A stretch of 64,000 bases of DNA from assembly GCA_041402045.1 (NCBI GenBank), contig JAWKSZ010000029.1, forward strand, positions 270 through 64,269, in the 5' to 3' direction. The number at the start of each line of letters is the position of its first letter. Position 1 is the first letter of the stretch. Source of the DNA: Planctomycetota bacterium (GTDB lineage Bacteria > Planctomycetota > J058). Under the pieces are notes generated by a model that made no database searches, had not been told where the DNA came from, and worked only from the letters and a program-made list of their open reading frames with translations. This document shows, piece after piece, positions 8,222 through 17,886 of this stretch. The position numbers and the translations under genes were made by a program.

Positions 8222-11200
8222 CTACACCGCGAAGCGGGTGAGCACCACGTGCAGGAACATGGTCGCGATCACGATCACGGCCATGATCAGGTGCAGCGCG
8301 CGCCAGGTGTCCATGAAGTCGCGGACGGCCTCGGCCTGAGAGAGCCGGCGCTCGAGGCGCGACTGCTGCTTGAGCAGCTCCAGGGTCTCGACGATCACCG
8401 GGCGGGCCTGCTTGGCCTCCGCGGTGAGCATGAGCGCCTTGAGCTCCCGGGCCAGGCGGCGGTTCTTGACCATGGCCCGCAGGTCGGAGAGCAGCAGGGG
8501 GCCTAGGAACAACAGGCCCCGGGCCTTGGTGTCGGCGGGCGGGTTCAGGGCCTCGAGCGCGGCGTCGCGGAGCTTGGGGAACTGGGCCAGGCCCGTGCGC
8601 AGCACGCGGCGGAGGTCCGCCAGGCGCTGGGCCATATTGCTCCGCTCGCGCAGCTCCGACGCGCGGTCCTTGGGGCCGCCGAGGTTCTCCTCGTTGCGCA
8701 GGTAGCGCGGCACGTGGGAGAGCACGTAGCGCCCGAAGATCCCCGAGACCACCGCGAACAGGATCGCGAAGGAGCTCAGGCGCGCCACGAGGTTGCTCGT
8801 GAGCAGCGCGCTGTGGGCGAGCACCAGGCTCCCGCCGGTGAGCCCGAACAGGAAGTGCAGGTTCAACCACATGCGCAGGCTGATCAGCTTCTGGAACAGG
8901 CCAAACCGCCGGCGGAGCACGTAGGTCAGGTTGAGCAGGAACAGCGTCGACGCCGTGATCCCGAGGGTCAGGCCCACGGTCCCGCCGGGCTTGAGGACGT
9001 CGTGCAGCGCGTGGCGGCTGCGGTCCTGCACCGGGATCTGGTAGTAGTCCCAGCCGTTCCAGATCAAGAACGGGCCGATCAACGCGCCGCCGACGCTGAG
9101 CAGGATCCAGAGCGCGTCGCCCTGCCACAGGCGAATCAGGCGCATGAAGAACGCGACCGCCAACGTGTCGTCCGGCTCCGCCTCCTCCTCCTCCCACTCG
9201 CCCGAGACTTCACCGGTCTCGGAGAAGCCGAGGTCCGACTGCGCGCCGGGAGCCACGTTCACGAGCGGCGTGGCGTCGTCGCTCTCGAACAGACGCTGCT
9301 CCAGCGACGGATCCTGCTTGCCGAAGATCTCGGCGTGGGTCAGCTCCACGGTCCGCCCGCGGCCCTCGCGGGAGTGCTCGAGCGGGTCGCGGAACCTGCG
9401 CTCGCTGGACACGCTCCTGATGTCCGAGAGGTCACCGACGTCGGAGATCACCCCCTGGCCGGAGAGTTGGTTCAGGTTGGCCAGGAGCCGCGCCGCGTTG
9501 CCCGTGGCCGACTCCCCCCAGCGACCGCGACGCCAGGAGAGCACGTCGATCTCGCTGTCGGCGTCGAGCGGCTTGCTCATGAGTCCGTCGGAGGACTCGG
9601 CGCCGAGGGAGGCCACGGCCCGGTCTCGCTCGTCCGAGTCGACCAGGGACCCAAACGCGTCGAGCTGCTCGGGGCGAGTGCGGGTCAACTCCGCGGGCAT
9701 GCGGCTCGCAGGGCGCCGGCTCGCGAAGGGATCGTCCTGATCCGTCGCGTCCTCGAACACCGTGTCGTCCGAGCCGCTGAGCGAGCCGAAGTCGCTCTCG
9801 CGCACGTCCTCGAAGTCGTCGAGCTCCTCTTGTTGGGTGCGGGTGAGCAGGTCCTCGAGCTCCGCCGAGTCGGCGGGGTCGGGCTGGACCTTACCCTGAT
9901 CGCTGACGACGTCGAAGTCGTCGCCGCGCTGACGGATCGCGTAGGTGCCGCTCCCCGCGACCTCGTCCTCGTCCATGGCGCCGATCGGGTCGAAGGTCTC
10001 GCGAGACCCCGAGCCCGAGTGCTTCTTCCCTCCGCCGCGCGCCGCCCGAGCCGCGGCGATCGTGTAGCCCGGGGCCGCCGTCTCTGCCTTGCCGGAGGGC
10101 GCGGGGTAGTTGGGGGCGAGGGTCTGATCCTTGCCGGAGGGCGCGGGGTAGTGGGGGGCGAGGGTTTGGTCCTTGCCGGAGGGCGCGGGGTAGTGGGGGC
10201 GAGGGTCTGGTCCTTGCCGGAGGGCGCGGGGTAGTGGGGGGCGAGGGTTTGGTCCTTGCCGGAGGGCTTGGGGTAGTGGGGGGCGAGGGTCTGGTCCTTG
10301 CCGGAGGGCTTGGGGTAGTGGGGGGCGAGGGTTTGGTCCTTGCCGGAGGGCGCGGGGTAGTGGGGGCGAGGGTTTGGTCCTTGCCGGTGGGCTTGGGGTA
10401 GGTGGGGGCGAGGGTCTGGTCCTTGCCGGAGGGCGCGGGGTAGGTGGGGGCGAGGGTCTGGTCCTTGCCGGAGGGCGCGGGGTAGTGGGGGGGGAGCGTG
10501 CGCTCGCGCCCGGCGACGGGGCTGGGGTACCCCGGGGGGAGCGTCGGCGCGCCTGCTCCAGGGGGAGGCCTCCGGTCCGGCCGGCGCACGCGACCGGTGG
10601 GGCGCCGCCCAGGACGCGCGACCCTCGCCGTCGCCGTGCGCCGCCCGGGGCGCGGCGAGCGCCCCGTGCCTGGGTCGCCGGCGTGAGCGTCTGCTCGGGG
10701 CGGGCCGGGGCGAGGCGGCTGGGGGCTGTCGCCCACGGGCGCGCCCGCGTCGCTCTGGCGGGGATACTTGCCCGTCGGCGGGCGTCCGCTCGGGCGCGGG
10801 CCCTCGTCGCTCTGGCGGGGATACTTGCCCGTCGGGGGACGGCCGCTCGGGCGAGGGCCCTCGTCGCTCTGGCGGGGGTACTTGCCCGTCGGGGGACGGC
10901 CGCTCGGGCGAGGGCCCGCGTCGCTCTGGCGGGGATACTTGCCCGTCGGCGGGCGCGCGGGAGCCTCGCCGGTCGGCGCGTGCACACCCGCGGGCCGCGG
11001 GAACGTGCCGGTGGGCGGGCGCGTGCCGGCGCCCGGGGGCCGCGGGAACGACCCCGTCGGCGGGCGGCCGCCCGCCCGTGAAGTCGGCGAGGGCGGACCT
11101 CCGGCCGCCGGGCCGCGCTCGGACCGCGCGCTGCGCGGCGGCTCGGGAGGCGCCGCGCGCGGGGGCACCCAGCCTTCGCCGCTGTCGGGGAAGACCACGT

Positions 11201-11615
11201 CCTCGTCGCTGTCGGGGATCGTCGAGAGCATGCTCTCGTCGTCGTCGTCGATCGAGCCCTCGTCGCTGTCGACGAACACCGGGCCCTCGTCGCTGGCGAA
11301 GTAGGCGTCGTTGCGATCGACCTCCAGGAGCGGCTGCGTCCGCCGCCGCGCGATGGGGCTCTTGATCTCGCCGCTGTCGCTCTCCTCGGCCCGGGTCACC
11401 GGAGGGGGGCGCCGCTCGGGCGTCGGCGTGCTGCGTCGACCTCCGGCGAAGGGCGACCGGATCTCGTCGCTGCTCTCCTGGACGCGACCTTGGTCGGTCG
11501 GGCGGTCGCGGAACTGGAACTCGGCGAAGGCCTCGTCGTCCCAGGAGCGCCCGAACGCCCCTTCCCCCGACTCCCCCAGCGGGAAGCGTTCCGCCTCGTC
11601 GTCGCGCGGGCTCAC
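8222..11615 (-). CDS. Ferric-reductase/cytochrome b-like membrane protein with very long disordered repeat-rich N-terminus; two 1-nt frameshifts in G-runs (about 10197 and 10364)
   Basis: ATG 11615 overlaps the stop of the upstream flavoprotein (ATGA). C-terminal about 300 aa has several TM helices with WLNLH-x13-H and WRALH-x13-H; restoring G6 in two G5 runs gives one ORF of about 1131 aa. Confidence 0.8.
10087..10499 (-). repeat. 42-nt (14-aa, DQTLAP[H/T/N]YP[A/K]PSGK) coding tandem repeat, 10 core copies
   Basis: CCTTGCCGG cores at 10087, 10129, 10171, 10212, 10254, 10296, 10338, 10379, 10421, 10463; two units are 41 nt. Confidence 0.97.
10748..10955 (-). repeat. 57-nt (19-aa, GPRPSGRPPTGKYPRQSDE) coding tandem repeat, about 4 copies
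   Basis: CGTCGCTCTGGCGGGG at 10748, 10805, 10862, 10919. Confidence 0.95.
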
Positions 11616-13495
11616 GCCTCGTCGCCTCGCTCGTGGCGGGCCGATCCGCGTCGGCGGCGCGCAGACCCGCTGCCGCCCGACTCCCGCTTCGTGCGGCCGG
11701 TGTCGCGCGTGGTGCGGCCGGTGTCGCGCTTGGCGCGGGCAGAGTCGCCTCGCAGCTTGTCGCGGTCGAGGCGGCCCGCGTCCCGCTGGACGCGGCCGGT
11801 GTCGCGCTTGGTGCGCGCGGAACCACCGCGCCGGCGCGCCGAGTCGGTGGGGGACGGCGCGGGAGGGGGGGCGGGCTCGAGCGCGATCCCGTCGTCCTCC
11901 ATGTCCATGGCAGACCCGAGCTCGACCCCTGACACCTCGAGCTCGCTGTCCTCGAGGGCGTCACTCGAAGGCGCCGCGACGCGGTCGCCGCTCTTGCGCC
12001 GCGTGAGCTTGCCCGTGCCGCGGCGGCTCAACCGCGCGCTCACGCGCTTGGTGATCCGGCCGCTGCGGCGCCCCGTGTCTCCCGAGGTCTTGAGGGTCTG
12101 CGCCAGGCGGGTCGAGATCCGGTTCGTGGCCTTGGCGAGGGTGCGCGCCAGGCGCGCCGAGGAGTCCTGGCCCTCGACCCGCTCGCCGTGCTTGGTCTCG
12201 ACGTGGACGCCCATGGACTCGAGGAACGGCGTGGGGAGCACACCGCCCGCGTTCACGATCACGTCGTCGATCTCGAGGGTGAACGCCCCTTCGGGCGAGA
12301 TCATCTCCACGGTGTTCGCGCCGACGCGGGTCACGTTGCTGCGCAGGTGGACGTTCAGCCCGTTCTGCTCGGTGGCCTCCTGCAGCTTGTCGCGGTTCTT
12401 CTTCTTCACCCGGAAGAAGGACTCGCCGCGGTAGGCCAAGTGGACCTCGCAGCCCGCGGTCTCGCTGAGCTGGACCGCCGCCTCCACCGCGGAGTCGCCG
12501 CCGCCCACCACCAGCACCTTGCGGTGGCGGTACTGCTCGGCGTCCCCCAGGCGATAGACCACGTGCTCCTGCTCTTCGCCGGGGACCCCCAGCTTGCGCG
12601 GGGTCCCGCGCCGGCCGATCGCGAGGACCACGGTCCGCCCGCGGAAGGAGCGCGTTCCCTCGGGTGACTCGGTGTGCACGTGGAACTCGCCGAACTCGCC
12701 CTCCACCCCGGTGACCCGGTGGTTCTCGTGGATCGTGATCTTCGCCGCGGCGAGCACGCGCTCGAACTCGCTGATCAACTCCTCCTTGAGCATCTCCGCC
12801 TTGCCGAAGCGGCCCACGATCGGGAGCTTGATCACCTCGGAGAACACGAGCTTGCGCCGCGGGTAGTGGGCCACGCTCCCGCCGAGCTGATACTGCTCCA
12901 CCAGGTGGTAGGTCAGGCCCTTGTCCACCGCGGCCAGGGCAGCGGCGACGCCGGCGGGTCCGCCGCCCACGATCACCATGTCGCGCAGCTCGGGGTCCTG
13001 CTGGAACGGATCCGCGAGCACGCTCTTGAGGGTGTCCACCACCTGGACGCCTTGACGCATGGCGTTGCGAATCAGCCCCATGCCTCCCAGCTCGCCAATG
13101 ACGTAGATCCCGTCGACGTTGGTCTCGTACCCCGCGCGCAACAGCGGGATGTCGATGCCGCGCTGCGCGGTGCCGAACACGAGCGAGATGGCGTTGACCG
13201 GGCACACGTCCGCGCAGCGTCCGTGGCCGATACACCCGCTCGCCTGCACGAGGTAGGTCGAGCCGTCGACGATGCCCAACACGTCCTCGGGGCAGGCGTC
13301 GACGCAGGCCCCGGACGCCATGCACACGTCCATGTCGATGACCGGGTGCAGGCTCGCGACCTGATTCATGCCGCCCGAGACTGCTTCCTCGAGCAGCTCG
13401 CGCAGCTTGTCCTCGCGGCGGAAGAATACGAGGACCCCCACCGCGACCGACACCACGACGACCAGGAACGTTCCAACGACCAGGTAGGTGAGCAC
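11612..13495 (-). CDS. Membrane-anchored 2x[4Fe-4S] + FAD/NAD(P)-binding oxidoreductase (thioredoxin-reductase/YpdA-like fold) with basic disordered C-tail
   Basis: GTG 13495 after GGAG; N-terminal TM; CMASGACVDACP and CIGHGRCADVCP; GGGPAG, GRRGTP, GGGDSA motifs; no CxxC redox pair seen; tail rich in DTGR/SGR. Confidence 0.9.
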   Translation of the reverse strand: MLTYLVVGTFLVVVVSVAVGVLVFFRREDKLRELLEEAVSGGMNQVASLHPVIDMDVCMASGACVDACPEDVLGIVDGSTYLVQASGCIGHGRCADVCPVNAISLVFGTAQRGIDIPLLRAGYETNVDGIYVIGELGGMGLIRNAMRQGVQVVDTLKSVLADPFQQDPELRDMVIVGGGPAGVAAALAAVDKGLTYHLVEQYQLGGSVAHYPRRKLVFSEVIKLPIVGRFGKAEMLKEELISEFERVLAAAKITIHENHRVTGVEGEFGEFHVHTESPEGTRSFRGRTVVLAIGRRGTPRKLGVPGEEQEHVVYRLGDAEQYRHRKVLVVGGGDSAVEAAVQLSETAGCEVHLAYRGESFFRVKKKNRDKLQEATEQNGLNVHLRSNVTRVGANTVEMISPEGAFTLEIDDVIVNAGGVLPTPFLESMGVHVETKHGERVEGQDSSARLARTLAKATNRISTRLAQTLKTSGDTGRRSGRITKRVSARLSRRGTGKLTRRKSGDRVAAPSSDALEDSELEVSGVELGSAMDMEDDGIALEPAPPPAPSPTDSARRRGGSARTKRDTGRVQRDAGRLDRDKLRGDSARAKRDTGRTTRDTGRTKRESGGSGSARRRRGSARHERGDEA

Positions 13496-13960
13496 CGTCG
13501 ACTCCGCAACGGACGGTACTGCATGGGGCGCAGAAGTTCCATTACCCCCGTGTACATAAGGTGCGTTGCACGCCCTGCGGGCTCGCAGCCTCGCGATCCC
13601 AGCTTTACGGTTCGCGTCGGCCCGATGGACGCGGGGGGCCTGCTCGGTGTCGCCGAAGTGAGTCATCTCCCCCCCAAAGCTCCACTGTTGCCATTGTGCG
13701 ACGGGTGTCCACGGGCAGGCATGATGCATAAGTCCATTGGATAAAGGACGCGACGCACTGCAGTGAAGGACCTTCCCAGAACGCGGTTCCACCCCACTGG
13801 CCGGGAACATCGTTCACGAAATCTGTTCCAGGTTCGGACCGTTGCATGGGGCTGACACGGCTGCCGTCGGTGGGTACCACCTGCGAAGGAAGGGGGTCAG
13901 CACTGGGATCAAAGGGGTTGTGACAAGTCCGAGCGAGTGGACGGGCGATGAAGACGCCGC

Positions 13961-13976
13961 TGGTATGGCCCGTGCA
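13961..13976 (+). promoter_or_regulatory. Putative sigma-54 promoter
   Basis: TGGTATGGCCCGTGCA = GG-N10-GC, about 45 nt upstream of ATG 14022, within an intergenic region of about 520 bp. Confidence 0.4.
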
Positions 13977-14021
13977 TTAGAGGCTGCTGAGGTCTTCGGC
14001 ATGTCCCGAGAGAGGTTCAGG

Positions 14022-16241
14022 ATGCTGCAGGTGAATGGTAAGAACTTTCTGGTAATGGCAAACGCCATGGTGGCCGTGGGGGCTGCCGTTGGCTTCATGG
14101 GCTGCGGCGGTGGCGGCGGCTCAGGCGGTGGTGGAGGTTCGACCACCGCGCCCATCACGAGCGGTGGCAACCAAGGGGTCGTCGGTCCGATCAGCGGACT
14201 CGCGGTCAACCCCGGCGCCAGCACGCTCGAGCTCTACTCGGCCGGCACTGCCGCGACCAACGAGCAATTCCAACTGGTGATCGACGGCTACGACGCGAAC
14301 GGGAACGCTAAGGACCTGACTCGCGACGTGACCTACACCGTGAGCGACGACACGGTGGTCGCGATCGACGGGAACGGCCTCATGACGGCCCAGGCTCCCG
14401 GTTCGGCGACCATCGATATCTCGTTCCCGGGCTCCAGCCTTCAGACGTCGGTCTCGGTCAACGTCGTGGCGGCTCCGGCCAACCTGACGGCTCCGACCTT
14501 CACCGGCCTGGAGATCCTGCCCAAGTCGCGCACCCTGGATGAGGTGAACACCGCGGCCGGCGTGGAGCAGCTCCAGCAGATCGTGATCGTCGGCACCGAC
14601 AACACCGGTCGCCTGTGGGACTTGACCCGCAGCAACGGCGTCGAGCTGCTCGACTACGCGGACCCGAGCCTGAACCCGCTGCCGATCAGCACCGCGGGCC
14701 AGCTCGACGCGACCACCGGCCTGTTCCGTGGTGTCGTGGACAGCAGCGACGTGCTGCTCCTGACCCAGGGCGCGGCTGGCCAGGCTGCTTCGCACTTCCA
14801 CATTGGCGTGGGCCAGTCGAAGCCGGTCTCCCCGACCGCCCTCTACAGCGGCGCGCCGCTGGCGGGCTCGGGTAACCCCCTCGACCAGGCGGTGCTGTCG
14901 GTCCTGGCTCCGGCCGCGATCGAGCCGGCTCCCCTGACGACCAACGGTGAGTTCGTGCGCCGCGTCTACGCGGATTCGATCGGCCGTCTGCCCACCCCGG
15001 CGGAGACCGAGGCCTTCCTGGCCAACCCGGACCGCGACGCTCTGGTGGACGCGCTCGTCGGCTCGGCCGCGTTCGACAACCACATGGGCAAGTTCTTCGG
15101 CGAGCACTTCCGCATGCAGGACCTGGCGTTCGACGCCTGGATCGCCAGCGAGCTGGCTGCCGGCTCGACCGCGGAGAAGATCTGGAGCGACCTGATCACC
15201 GAGACCGGCGCTGGCTCCGCCCTGTTCGTGGCCGAGCACGCCGAGGTCGCCGAGCAAATGGAGACGATCGTCCACGTCGGCTCGGGCTACACGGTGGAGT
15301 GCGATCGTTGCCACAACCACCCGACCGCGAGCATGGCGGACGACCCGCACGCGCTCCAGACCCAGCGCTACCAGCTCGACGCCTTCTTCGTGACCGACCT
15401 GGACGAGACGATCCCCCTCGACCGCGCCGGGAACCGCACCGGGAACAACGGCAACCGGATCGAGCCGGGCTGGCCCTTCGACGCGAACGTCGCGGTGACC
15501 TCGACCCTGGCCGACCCCGTCGCCACCCGTCGCGCCGAGTTCGCCCAGATCTTCACCAAGTCGGACATTTTCTACCGTGGGCTGGCGCACCGCCTCTTCG
15601 GCTCGGTCGCTCAGGCCCTCCTCGACCCGAACCAGGTGCTGAAGGCCACCCTGGACAGCGTGCAGAACAAGCCCCTGCTCGACGCGCTGGCCGCGACCTT
15701 CAAGACTCAGAACGGCTCGATCAAGGACTTCATGACCACCGTGTTCAAGAGCAAGGTCTACCAACTGAGCTCGAACTACGCGGACACCATGAACGACGGG
15801 CTGGTCGTGCGTCACCCGCTGGATCGCTTCCAGGCTGAGGCCATGGAGACCCTCGTCGCCAACGTGACCGGCTCCATGCCCACCTCGGGCGCCTTCTTCC
15901 GGGACGCGTTCGGCTTCCCCCTGACCCGCTCTGCGATCACCGAGCGCAGCACCGTGGTCAACATGAGCCAGTCGCTGATCCTCATGAACAGCCCGACCGT
16001 GCACGGGGGTCTGACCTCCGCGACCGGGACCGTCGCCACCCTGGCGGGTCAGGTCTCGGGCGGCACGATCACCCAGGCGGACGCCGTGAACGCCATTTTC
16101 AAGGCGGCTCTGGCCCGTGACGCGTCGGCCACCGACATGCAGGCTGCCAACGACCTGATCGGTCAGGCCGGCAGCATGCAAGAGGGCCTCGAGGACGTCG
16201 CTGCCGCGGTCCTCTCCTCGATCGAGGCGGTCGCCCGCTAA
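14022..16241 (+). CDS. Lipoprotein with Ig-like (Big_2) + DUF1549/DUF1553 (planctomycete cytochrome-associated) domains, one CxxCH
   Basis: RBS GAGAGG; hydrophobic signal ending FMG-C then Gly/Ser linker; Big_2-like DVTYTVSDDTVVAIDGNGLMTA; EFVRRVYADSIGRLPT (DUF1549); CDRCH; QSLILMNSP (DUF1553). Confidence 0.8.
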   Translation: MLQVNGKNFLVMANAMVAVGAAVGFMGCGGGGGSGGGGGSTTAPITSGGNQGVVGPISGLAVNPGASTLELYSAGTAATNEQFQLVIDGYDANGNAKDLTRDVTYTVSDDTVVAIDGNGLMTAQAPGSATIDISFPGSSLQTSVSVNVVAAPANLTAPTFTGLEILPKSRTLDEVNTAAGVEQLQQIVIVGTDNTGRLWDLTRSNGVELLDYADPSLNPLPISTAGQLDATTGLFRGVVDSSDVLLLTQGAAGQAASHFHIGVGQSKPVSPTALYSGAPLAGSGNPLDQAVLSVLAPAAIEPAPLTTNGEFVRRVYADSIGRLPTPAETEAFLANPDRDALVDALVGSAAFDNHMGKFFGEHFRMQDLAFDAWIASELAAGSTAEKIWSDLITETGAGSALFVAEHAEVAEQMETIVHVGSGYTVECDRCHNHPTASMADDPHALQTQRYQLDAFFVTDLDETIPLDRAGNRTGNNGNRIEPGWPFDANVAVTSTLADPVATRRAEFAQIFTKSDIFYRGLAHRLFGSVAQALLDPNQVLKATLDSVQNKPLLDALAATFKTQNGSIKDFMTTVFKSKVYQLSSNYADTMNDGLVVRHPLDRFQAEAMETLVANVTGSMPTSGAFFRDAFGFPLTRSAITERSTVVNMSQSLILMNSPTVHGGLTSATGTVATLAGQVSGGTITQADAVNAIFKAALARDASATDMQAANDLIGQAGSMQEGLEDVAAAVLSSIEAVAR

Positions 16242-16258
16242 GCGGGTCTCCCCGCTCG

Positions 16259-16289
16259 GGGTGGCGCGCGCACTCGGCGTGCGCCACCC
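16259..16289 (+). other. 13-bp intergenic hairpin
   Basis: GGGTGGCGCGCGC-ACTCG-GCGTGCGCCACCC between the DUF1549 and DUF1501 genes. Confidence 0.5.
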
Positions 16290-16357
16290 AGAGGCCGGGG
16301 CTATAGGTAGAAAACGTTCACAGCACAAACACACAAGACACATTCGGAGTTATCGAA

Positions 16358-17797
16358 ATGGCTAACATTCACAGCAGCAGCGACTACGACTACAACCGTC
16401 GTCAGCTGCTCAAGCTCGCGGGTAAGGGCGTGGTGCTCGGCGCGGCTGGCCTCTCGCTCCCCAACCTGCTCTTCATGCGGGAAGCCGCTGGCCTCGACCT
16501 GGACCCCAACGTGCAGCTCTTCGACGGGTTCATGCAGATCTTCTTTACCGGCGGCCCTGGGATTGGCCAGGACATTGCCGACTACAAGAACCCTGCGGAC
16601 AACCCCACGACCTCGTTCAACCCGATCAACATGGGCGTGAACGACGTCTACGGGAACCCCATGCGGGTGACCGACGCGATCCAGAACCTGGCGGCCAAGG
16701 CTCAGAACGACCCCATGGTGAGCCTCGCGGTCGTGCGCTCCATGCGGCACAACAACAACAACCACGGCACCGGTCAGGAAATGAACACGTCGTGGTGGCA
16801 AGGCGCGCTGCTCAACACCATGCCCGCGATCGCCCCGACCATGGCCTACTACATGCAGGGCAAGGGCGTCGGGATCCCGGCGGTGCTCGTCAACGGCGAC
16901 AACGGCAACAACGCCAACAACGCCCGCGGCAACACCCGCATTCCGACGGCGCTCACGGTGACCGTCGGCGGGAACCAGAACAACAACCCGGTCGTCGAGG
17001 CCCTGAGCCTGCCCCAGGGCGTGGATCAGGCGCGTTACAGCCGCCGCAAGGCCATGCTCGACCAGATGAACGCGCGCTTCCTCTCCGCCAACCCCGACGG
17101 CCTGGCCAAGGCCTACGAGAAGGCCACCAAGGACGCGTTCGACATCACCATGAAGGGCGAGGCCGCCGCGGCCTTCGACCTCGCGGGCAAGCCGCTCCTG
17201 CCGGGTGGCAACAACGGCATTCGCCAGCGCGCGACCCTCGCCCAGAACCTGCTCCTGGCGGGCGTGCCCTACGTCTCCATGGGCCAGGGTGGTAACGACT
17301 ACCACGGCAACGCCAACCAGTCGGTCACTAACAACTGGCAGAACAACCTCGACGTCTATCTGCCGGCCATGATCGACAACCTGAAGGCCTCCGGGAAGCG
17401 CTACCTGATCCAGATCTGCGGTGACTTCGATCGGACGCCGGACGGCAAGGGTGGCTTCGGCGCCAACGACAACGGTCGTGACCACTGGGGTGAGGCTCAG
17501 AGCCACATTCTGATCGGCGTCAACCAGCCGAAGCTGAAGACCACGGCGGTGGGCGACACCGGGCCTCGCGGCACGGGCACGGTCAACACCACCCGCCGCA
17601 ACGGTCAACCGGGCGTGCTCGTGGATCCGTTCCCCATGGCCGCCATGGGCTACGTGGTCTACCGCGGCATGGGGATCAACCTGTTCCAGCCGGACGGGTA
17701 CTACGACATTCCCACCACGCTGCGCGACGCGCCTCCGGTCGACCGCCAGATCGGCCTGACCGACGGCGTGAAGCTGAGCAACTTCCTGATCGCGTAG
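16358..17797 (+). CDS. DUF1501 family protein with twin-arginine signal
   Basis: YNRRQLLK Tat motif; IFFTGGPG; GDFDRTP...GRDHW C-terminal motif; typical partner of DUF1549/1553. Confidence 0.88.
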   Translation: MANIHSSSDYDYNRRQLLKLAGKGVVLGAAGLSLPNLLFMREAAGLDLDPNVQLFDGFMQIFFTGGPGIGQDIADYKNPADNPTTSFNPINMGVNDVYGNPMRVTDAIQNLAAKAQNDPMVSLAVVRSMRHNNNNHGTGQEMNTSWWQGALLNTMPAIAPTMAYYMQGKGVGIPAVLVNGDNGNNANNARGNTRIPTALTVTVGGNQNNNPVVEALSLPQGVDQARYSRRKAMLDQMNARFLSANPDGLAKAYEKATKDAFDITMKGEAAAAFDLAGKPLLPGGNNGIRQRATLAQNLLLAGVPYVSMGQGGNDYHGNANQSVTNNWQNNLDVYLPAMIDNLKASGKRYLIQICGDFDRTPDGKGGFGANDNGRDHWGEAQSHILIGVNQPKLKTTAVGDTGPRGTGTVNTTRRNGQPGVLVDPFPMAAMGYVVYRGMGINLFQPDGYYDIPTTLRDAPPVDRQIGLTDGVKLSNFLIA

Positions 17798-17820
17798 ACA
17801 CCACCTCGAACCTGAACCTC

Positions 17821-17853
17821 GCAGGAGCCGGGCCCCCCACGCCCGGCTCCTGC
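17821..17853 (+). terminator. Rho-independent terminator-like hairpin
   Basis: GCAGGAGCCGGGC-N7-GCCCGGCTCCTGC perfect 13-bp stem followed by CGTGTTT. Confidence 0.6.
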
Positions 17854-17886
17854 CGTGTTTCCGGAGGACGGAGCTAAACTACGCCC

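Noticed and set aside
10087-10499. Possible CRISPR or mini-array
   Set aside because: In-frame coding tandem repeat (42 nt) with synonymous variation and no spacers.
13496-14021. N-terminal extensions of ORFs 11612..13810 and 13842..16241
   Set aside because: Better starts with RBS and signal sequences at 13495 and 14022; the extensions have atypical composition.
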